A stretch of 64,000 bases of DNA from Lachnospiraceae bacterium (GTDB lineage Bacteria > Bacillota > Clostridia > Lachnospirales > Lachnospiraceae): assembly GCA_029062885.1 (NCBI GenBank), contig JAIDPH010000125.1, forward strand, positions 1,661 to 65,660, given 5' to 3'. Shown here piece by piece: positions 58,166-64,000 of this stretch. Under the pieces are notes generated by a model that made no database searches, was not told where the DNA came from, and saw only the letters and a program-made list of their open reading frames with translations. Position 1 is the stretch's first letter. Each line of letters begins with the position of its first letter. The position numbers were made by a program, and so were the translations under genes.

Positions 58166-58704
58166 ATGGGAATAAGAAGAGAGATAGAAATTGACGGGCA
58201 GATGGTTGCATTCAAAGCGAGTGCGGCCATTCCGCGTATTTACAGGCTGAAATTCCAAAGGGATATTTATAAAGACCTACGTGTGCTTGAAAAGAGCATC
58301 GGCAATGGAAATGAGGAAGAATCCAACCTTGATCTGTTTTCACTTGAGATGTTTGAGAATATCGCTTTTGTCATGGCTAAACACGCGGAGCCTTCCATTC
58401 CGGATAGTCCGGAAGAGTGGCTTGATGGATTTAATACGTTTTCTATTTATCAGGTACTTCCTCAGTTGATTGAACTGTGGGGGCTTAACGTAAAGACGGA
58501 TGTGGAGGCTAAAAAAAACTTCGTCCAACAGAGCGTGAAATGACAACTTCGCTGTTTTTGCTAAGATGTGTACAGTTAGGCCTGTCGATAGCGGACCTTG
58601 AGATGCTGTCGATAGGCCTTATTAATGACATGTATGCCGAAAGCAGGAATGACGAGTGTAACTATGCAACGCTTGCCACTCAGGAGGATTTTGATAAGTT
58701 CTAA
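58166..58704 (+). CDS. Tail assembly chaperone G (58166-58543) and GT via programmed -1 frameshift
   Basis: Slippery A-AAA-AAC at 58511-58519 near the end of G; -1 frame open to TAA 58704 (..EREMTTSLFLLRC...ATQEDFDKF). Confidence 0.8.
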
Positions 58705-58714
58705 AAATTACCTC

Positions 58715-58743
58715 TTGGCAAAATAGAACAAATGTTCTATAAT
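58715..58743 (+). promoter_or_regulatory. Sigma-A promoter containing a Firmicutes LexA (SOS) box
   Basis: TTGGCA, 17 bp, TATAAT, with GAAC-AAAT-GTTC (58726-58737) in the spacer. Confidence 0.8.
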
Positions 58744-58770
58744 TGCATTTACACAGCAGAGGTGATAAAG

Positions 58771-59055
58771 ATGGATTTTCAGAACAGGGCGGTTGACGTG
58801 ATATGCCAGCATACAAAGGAAGGCAATATGATTCCCATAAAGATCCGAATCCAGGATGAAGAAGGGGAGTTCCATACCTATGTGGTTAAAGGGTATAAAG
58901 ACCTTTCACACAAAGGTTACTTTACCATGCCCAACGGGATCATTGCGACAAGTACCATTTTTCCTTTTGACTGTAAGATTTTGGTGTTAGGAAGGGAACG
59001 GATCGTACATTTATATTATAACAGCAATGACCAAATCTGGCGCATGAGTCAGTAA
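58771..59055 (+). CDS. Small SOS-box-regulated hypothetical protein
   Basis: GAGGTG RBS; VDVICQHTKEGNMIPIKIR. Confidence 0.7.
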   Translation: MDFQNRAVDVICQHTKEGNMIPIKIRIQDEEGEFHTYVVKGYKDLSHKGYFTMPNGIIATSTIFPFDCKILVLGRERIVHLYYNSNDQIWRMSQ

Positions 59056-59213
59056 TGATTTAGGCAGGTCAAGTTATGAGCAATCATATTGTAATGATGA
59101 AACTAATTATGCTAAAATATCCATGATATAAGTCGAAATTTGCAGATGAATTTCATATAAGGTTGCAAGATATGACGAATCAGCAATTTCTGTAACAAAT
59201 AATGGAGGTAGTG

Positions 59214-60392
59214 ATGACTAAAAGAAAAATAAGTCTGGAGCAGTGGTGTAAAGAAAATAGCAGAGAGGATTTATTACTGGAGTGGAACGAGGAAAAAAAT
59301 TCTGATTCTCGAATTCCTATGTCTCCATCTATGACAGAATATAGCACGGCACTTAATGTTTGGTGGAAATGTAAGAATGGACATGAGTGGCGAGCACCGG
59401 TTAATAAAAGAACTACTTTTGGCTTGGGTTGTCCGATTTGCAACCCGAATCAAATGTTTATTCCTATTGGAACAAAGTATGGGTGCCTAACAATAATTGG
59501 TGTTACACCGGTAGATGAAAATGATCAGTTTGGAAGAATATATGGTCCATCATATAAATGTGTATGTGATTGTGGGAAAAAAGTATGTAAGTCTGAGTTT
59601 GCCTTTTTGGAGAAGAAGCATCGCTATTGCACAGAAACCATCCGCAGAAACAGAAACGACCGATGGCTATATGAAGAATATGATAAGAAAAATCAATGTG
59701 GATTAAAAACAGCACAAGAGGAAAAAAAGAAAGAAACTTATAAGCGAGTGCTTGATTCAAGTTATGGTATTGATTATACTGGCACCATCCATGAATCTCT
59801 GGAAGTTTTGGAATGCATCGATGATCATTATGAAGAGATTCATTCTATCTCCGATGCGAGGAAAAAAGGTGGTGGCACCTATTATGTCTATAAATTATAT
59901 CGATGTCGTTGTTATTTGTGCGGCAAGGAGCAGCAAATAAAGTCATCTAAGTTCTCAATAAATCCACCAACCGAGTATGGTTATACAGCATACAACGGCT
60001 ATTGGAGTGATGCTCATTGTAAATGCCATCCGATATCTTCATTTCAGTGGATTGTTACAAAACTACTGAAAGAAAATGAAGTTCCGTACCGAGTAGAAGT
60101 TTCTTTCCCAGATTTATACGGAGCTGGACATGTGAATCTTCTTCGCTACGATTTTGGAATTTATGACGAGGATGGCAATATCAAATGCTTAATCGAGTGC
60201 CAGGGAGAACAGCACTATGAGCCAGTCGAAGAGTTCGGTGGTGATTCACAATTTTCGTGGCAACAGAAAAATGATGATTTGAAACGTGAGTACGCCAAGG
60301 AAAAAGGTATACCTTTATACGAGATTCCGTATAAAAACAAAAAATATGAGAGGGTTGAGAGGTTCCTCCAAGAAAGAGGTATACTAGACTAA
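59214..60392 (+). CDS. Zinc-ribbon (DUF4379-like) plus Vsr/PD-(D/E)XK-type endonuclease, homing-endonuclease-like
   Basis: VWWKCKNGHEW...GCPIC; CVCDCG; LRYDF...LIECQGEQHY...FGG...D..KREYA...L.EIPY. Confidence 0.75.
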   Translation: MTKRKISLEQWCKENSREDLLLEWNEEKNSDSRIPMSPSMTEYSTALNVWWKCKNGHEWRAPVNKRTTFGLGCPICNPNQMFIPIGTKYGCLTIIGVTPVDENDQFGRIYGPSYKCVCDCGKKVCKSEFAFLEKKHRYCTETIRRNRNDRWLYEEYDKKNQCGLKTAQEEKKKETYKRVLDSSYGIDYTGTIHESLEVLECIDDHYEEIHSISDARKKGGGTYYVYKLYRCRCYLCGKEQQIKSSKFSINPPTEYGYTAYNGYWSDAHCKCHPISSFQWIVTKLLKENEVPYRVEVSFPDLYGAGHVNLLRYDFGIYDEDGNIKCLIECQGEQHYEPVEEFGGDSQFSWQQKNDDLKREYAKEKGIPLYEIPYKNKKYERVERFLQERGILD

Positions 60393-60530
60393 TATACTGT
60401 TTTAAATTCCAGTTTGTAGAACTGGATAATGAATTAAATATAAAAGCATCAGCAGTGCGCTGGTGTTTTTTTCATTCATTTAGGAGCCAGTAGGCTCTTT
60501 TTTTGTGCACATTTTGAGGGGAGGTTGCAG

Positions 60531-63431
60531 ATGGCGGCAAACAGAATAAAAGGCATCACTGTTGAAATCGGTGGTGATACAACCAAGTTGCAGACTGCCC
60601 TAAAAGGTGTCAATTCAGAAATAAGAAATACGCAGACACAGCTTAAGGATGTAGAGAAACTTTTAAAACTTGACCCAGGAAATACTGAGCTGCTTGCACA
60701 AAAGCATAGACTGCTTGCTGATGCGGTGGAAGAAACAAAGAGCAAGCTGGAAACCTTAAAGTCTGCGGCTGAACAGGCAGAAACAGCCCTTGAGAAAGGG
60801 GCAATCACACAGGACCAGTACGATGCCCTTCAGAGGGAAATCGTCGAAACTGAGCAGAATTTACGGAGACTGGAAGAACAGGCTAACCAGTCAGCTACAG
60901 CCTTGCAGAAAATCTCAGCCACAGGAGAAAAGCTCCAGACACTCGGAAACAATATATCCACTGTTGGGGAGAAGCTGCTTCCCGTAACGGGTGCCGTGGC
61001 TGGGCTTGGCACGGTAGCAGTAAAGACTGCGGCAGACTTTGATGCTGCTATGAGCAAGGTGGCGGCAGTGTCCGGGGCAACGGGGGCAGATTTTGATGCA
61101 CTGCGCGACAAAGCCCGTGAGATGGGGGCAAAAACAAAATTCTCTGCTTCTGAGGCTGCAGAGGCAATGAACTACATGGCAATGGCCGGATGGAAAACAA
61201 GCGATATGCTGGCAGGTATTGAGGGAATAATGAACCTTGCCGCCGCTTCTGGTGAAGATCTGGCTACAACTTCCGACATCGTAACAGATGCGTTGACTGC
61301 TTTCGGTCTTACAGCTGCGGATTCCGGGCATTTTGCGGATATACTTGCCGCTGCCTCATCAAATGCAAACACAAATGTTTCAATGATGGGCGAAACATTC
61401 AAGTATTGTGCGCCGATAGCAGGGGCATTGGGCTTTTCAGCAGAAGATACTGCGGAAGCAATCGGACTTATGGCAAATGCCGGAATAAAATCTTCGCAGG
61501 CTGGTACGTCATTAAGGACCATAATGAGCAACCTTACAGGGGAAGTGAAGATCAGCGGAGAGGCAATCGGTGAAGTGGTGGTAGCAACCACCAAAGCAGA
61601 CGGAAGCATGAGGGAGTTATCTGACATCATTGCCGACTGCCGTACCGCGTTTGCAGGGCTGTCCGAGTCAGAAAAAGCACAGGCGGCAGAGGCACTTGTG
61701 GGAAAGACTGCCATGAGCGGCTTCCTGGCACTTGTAAATGCTGCGCCTTCGGATATTGAGAAGTTGAGCAGTGCCATTGCAAACTGTGACGGAAGTGCGG
61801 AAGGAATGGCTGCGACTATGCAGGATAACCTTGCAGGTCAGTTTACCATCCTAAAAAGCCAGTTACAGGAACTTGCCATATCTTTCGGGGAAATCTTGAT
61901 GCCTGCTATAAGGCAGATTGTGACCTGGATTCAGGGATTTGTGGATAAGTTAAACGGCATGGATGAAGGCACTAAAAAAGTGGTGACAACTGTTGCGCTT
62001 TTCGTGGCGGCATTAGGTCCGGTACTTATTATTATCGGAAAGGTCATTAGTGCCGTAGGTACGATCATGACGATTATTCCAAAGATTGCCGGAGTCATAA
62101 ATGTGGTAAAGACAGCATTTGCTGCACTGAATACGACAATGCTTGCCAATCCGATATTCCTGATCATTGCTGCCATTACAGCTCTTGTGGTGGCTTTTAT
62201 TTATTTATGGAATAACTGCGACGGTTTCCGCGAGTTCTGGATCAATCTGTGGGAGATTGTAAAAGATGCAGCGGTTACGGCGTGGAATGCAATCAAGTCT
62301 TTCTTTGCCGAAGTGTGGGAGGCAATAAAAAACATATTCTTCACCGTGTTTGAAGCAATAAAGATGCTGGTCACCACCTATTTTGAGATATACAGGATAA
62401 TAATTGAAACGGTATTTAATGTCATAGAGACGGTCATCACTACGGTATGGGAGGCGGTAAAGGGGATATTTACCACGGTGCTTGGTGTGATACAGACCAT
62501 CGTAATGACCCATTTCAATATTTATAAGACCATCATTGAAACAGTGATGACCATCATAAAGACTGTCATTACAACTGTATGGGAAACCATAAAGACGGTA
62601 GTGACTACGGTACTTGATGCAATAAAAACCATTTTCACAACTGTATGGGATGCAATAAAGACCATCATATCGGCAGCGTTAAGCGGTATTAAAGGACTGA
62701 TAACCGGGGATTTCACTGCAGTAAAGGAATCCATAACCATAATAATGAACACCATAAAAAGCACCATCGGTACAGTCTGGAACACCATAAGGAATACGGT
62801 GTCCACGGTTTTAAATGCTATAAAGAGTGCGGTTTCAAATATATTTAACGGAATCGTGAGCGCCATCAAAGGTGCGATGACAAATGTGCTTAATGCGGTC
62901 AAGAACGGTTTTTCCAATGTAAAGAGCCATATCACAGGGCTTGCTTCACAGGCAGTCACATGGGGAAAGGATTTAGTCATGGGAATTGTCAACGGAATCA
63001 AGAGCTGTATTGGTGCTGTCGGCGATGCGGTAAAGAGCGTGGCAGACAAGATCAAGGCTTTCCTGCATTTCTCCGTTCCGGACGAAGGACCGCTAACTGA
63101 TTATGAATCATGGATGCCTGACTTCATGGGAGGACTGGCAGAAGGGATAAAAAGGAGCCGGGGAATGGTGGCAGATGCCGTGAAAGGCGTGGCAGAGGAT
63201 ATGGTTGTAAGCCCGACCGTATCGGCAGGAAGCATCCAGACTTATCAGAACACACAGACAGATACCCTGACAGGAATCTTAAACGGGATTCAGAATGTCT
63301 TAGGCAGCATACAGCAGATGCAGCCTGTGGGAGGTGACATTTCCATTCCGGTCTATATCGGGGGAACACTGATTGATGAATTGGTTGTAAATGCACAGAA
63401 CCGTCAGAATTTAAGGTCAGGAGGAAGGTAG
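60531..63431 (+). CDS. Tail tape measure protein (TP901 family)
   Basis: RIKGITVEIGGDTT; TKFSASEAAEAM.YMAMAGW; periodic W/F repeats. Confidence 0.95.
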   Translation: MAANRIKGITVEIGGDTTKLQTALKGVNSEIRNTQTQLKDVEKLLKLDPGNTELLAQKHRLLADAVEETKSKLETLKSAAEQAETALEKGAITQDQYDALQREIVETEQNLRRLEEQANQSATALQKISATGEKLQTLGNNISTVGEKLLPVTGAVAGLGTVAVKTAADFDAAMSKVAAVSGATGADFDALRDKAREMGAKTKFSASEAAEAMNYMAMAGWKTSDMLAGIEGIMNLAAASGEDLATTSDIVTDALTAFGLTAADSGHFADILAAASSNANTNVSMMGETFKYCAPIAGALGFSAEDTAEAIGLMANAGIKSSQAGTSLRTIMSNLTGEVKISGEAIGEVVVATTKADGSMRELSDIIADCRTAFAGLSESEKAQAAEALVGKTAMSGFLALVNAAPSDIEKLSSAIANCDGSAEGMAATMQDNLAGQFTILKSQLQELAISFGEILMPAIRQIVTWIQGFVDKLNGMDEGTKKVVTTVALFVAALGPVLIIIGKVISAVGTIMTIIPKIAGVINVVKTAFAALNTTMLANPIFLIIAAITALVVAFIYLWNNCDGFREFWINLWEIVKDAAVTAWNAIKSFFAEVWEAIKNIFFTVFEAIKMLVTTYFEIYRIIIETVFNVIETVITTVWEAVKGIFTTVLGVIQTIVMTHFNIYKTIIETVMTIIKTVITTVWETIKTVVTTVLDAIKTIFTTVWDAIKTIISAALSGIKGLITGDFTAVKESITIIMNTIKSTIGTVWNTIRNTVSTVLNAIKSAVSNIFNGIVSAIKGAMTNVLNAVKNGFSNVKSHITGLASQAVTWGKDLVMGIVNGIKSCIGAVGDAVKSVADKIKAFLHFSVPDEGPLTDYESWMPDFMGGLAEGIKRSRGMVADAVKGVAEDMVVSPTVSAGSIQTYQNTQTDTLTGILNGIQNVLGSIQQMQPVGGDISIPVYIGGTLIDELVVNAQNRQNLRSGGR

Positions 63432-63432
63432 C

Positions 63433-63795
63433 ATGGCATATATCCAGTATCTGAATATTGACGGGGAGGATCTGCCTCTTCCGGTAAGCTATGATGTGGA
63501 ACTGTCCGATATCGAGGCCGATACTTCCGGGGATACGGAAGCCGGTACAAGGCAGAGGGATGTACTAAGAAGCGGTGTGACGAACATTCCTGTGTCTTTC
63601 CAGGTAACTCCCAAATGGCTTAAAAAACTCTCCATGATGAGGAGACGCCCAAAGCTGACAGTACGTTATTTCGACACGGAAACCTTGGAAATGAAGGAAA
63701 CAAAGATGTATATGGAGGGTTTTAAGAGCAGTCTTGAAAAGGATACCTCGTATAAAGGATTGTGGAAGGTATCCTTTACGTTAAAGGAATTTTAG
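63433..63795 (+). CDS. Distal-tail-like phage protein
   Basis: Follows the tape measure; TEAGT.QRDV.R motif. Confidence 0.65.
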   Translation: MAYIQYLNIDGEDLPLPVSYDVELSDIEADTSGDTEAGTRQRDVLRSGVTNIPVSFQVTPKWLKKLSMMRRRPKLTVRYFDTETLEMKETKMYMEGFKSSLEKDTSYKGLWKVSFTLKEF

Positions 63796-63810
63796 GAAAG
63801 GGGTGCGTTC

Positions 63811-64000
63811 ATGTATCCGGTAAGTGATAAATATAAGGCTGCCATACAGGACAGCACCAGACATTTTTATTATGCAGGGGAAATCATAACAAAGGGAGGT
63901 ATCCGTTACCCTTTTACCAATGAGGATATAGTGAAGGGGAGCGGATACATCACGAACCAGTGCTGCGGTGAGAGCGAGATTGAGCTTGGAAGCGTATATG
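63811..64000 (+). CDS. Tail protein, N-terminus (truncated by the window)
   Basis: AAGGGG RBS; MYPVSDKYK...IVKGSGYITNQC..EIELGSVY open to the end. Confidence 0.65.
   Translation, partial: MYPVSDKYKAAIQDSTRHFYYAGEIITKGGIRYPFTNEDIVKGSGYITNQCCGESEIELGSVY

Larger units (their letters stand above)
31920..64000 (+). mobile_element. Siphovirus-like prophage (PolA-encoding, HK97-type head), truncated by the window end
   Basis: Ordered sigma, replication, packaging, head and tail modules; lysis and integrase genes not in the window. Confidence 0.9.

Noticed and set aside
58511-58519. A8 run as a sequencing frameshift
   Set aside because: Matches the well-known programmed -1 frameshift of tail assembly chaperones, so it is expected rather than an error or novelty
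62200-62950. Periodic Thr/Ile/Val/Trp repeats
   Set aside because: Ordinary tape-measure helical repeats
1-64000. Retron, DGR or group II intron
   Set aside because: No ORF with reverse-transcriptase motifs and no TR/VR pair noticed; a tail-fibre DGR could lie beyond the window

Overview
AT-rich Firmicutes-type DNA (Clostridia/Lachnospiraceae-like, inferred from gene content and GGAGG RBSs) made almost entirely of mobile DNA, nearly all on the + strand. (1) 1-4.6 kb: cluster of HTH, membrane and NERD-nuclease genes. (2) ~4.7-13.35 kb: integrative mobilizable element (integrase and TnpV remnants, a DAC-domain cargo gene with a variant motif, XRE, Rep, oriT, MobA/MobL relaxase, excisionase, Tn916-like tyrosine integrase). 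It ends at an orphan 5' fragment of an LMW-phosphatase gene (MIKILFICHG), the likely att site. (3) 13.4-31.6 kb: defence island with an unusual type I R-M locus (degenerate MTase-TRD gene; ADP-ribosylglycohydrolase fused to HsdM1 [NPPF]; HsdM2 [NPPY]; HsdS; HsdR), a DUF2075 nuclease-helicase, a multi-reader HNH type IV-like nuclease, a frameshifted NUDIX and an ImmA/IrrE-HTH regulator. (4) 31.9-64 kb: siphovirus-like prophage (sigma-like factor, PolA replication module, primase, SNF2, HNH/terminase, HK97 head, tail), truncated at the window end. Its morons include an orphan CD-NTase-like nucleotidyltransferase, an antisense tRNA-like transcription unit, repeat-led amidoligase/GGCT cassettes and a LexA-box gene. 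All protein assignments come from motifs read by eye; no database search or folding program was run.
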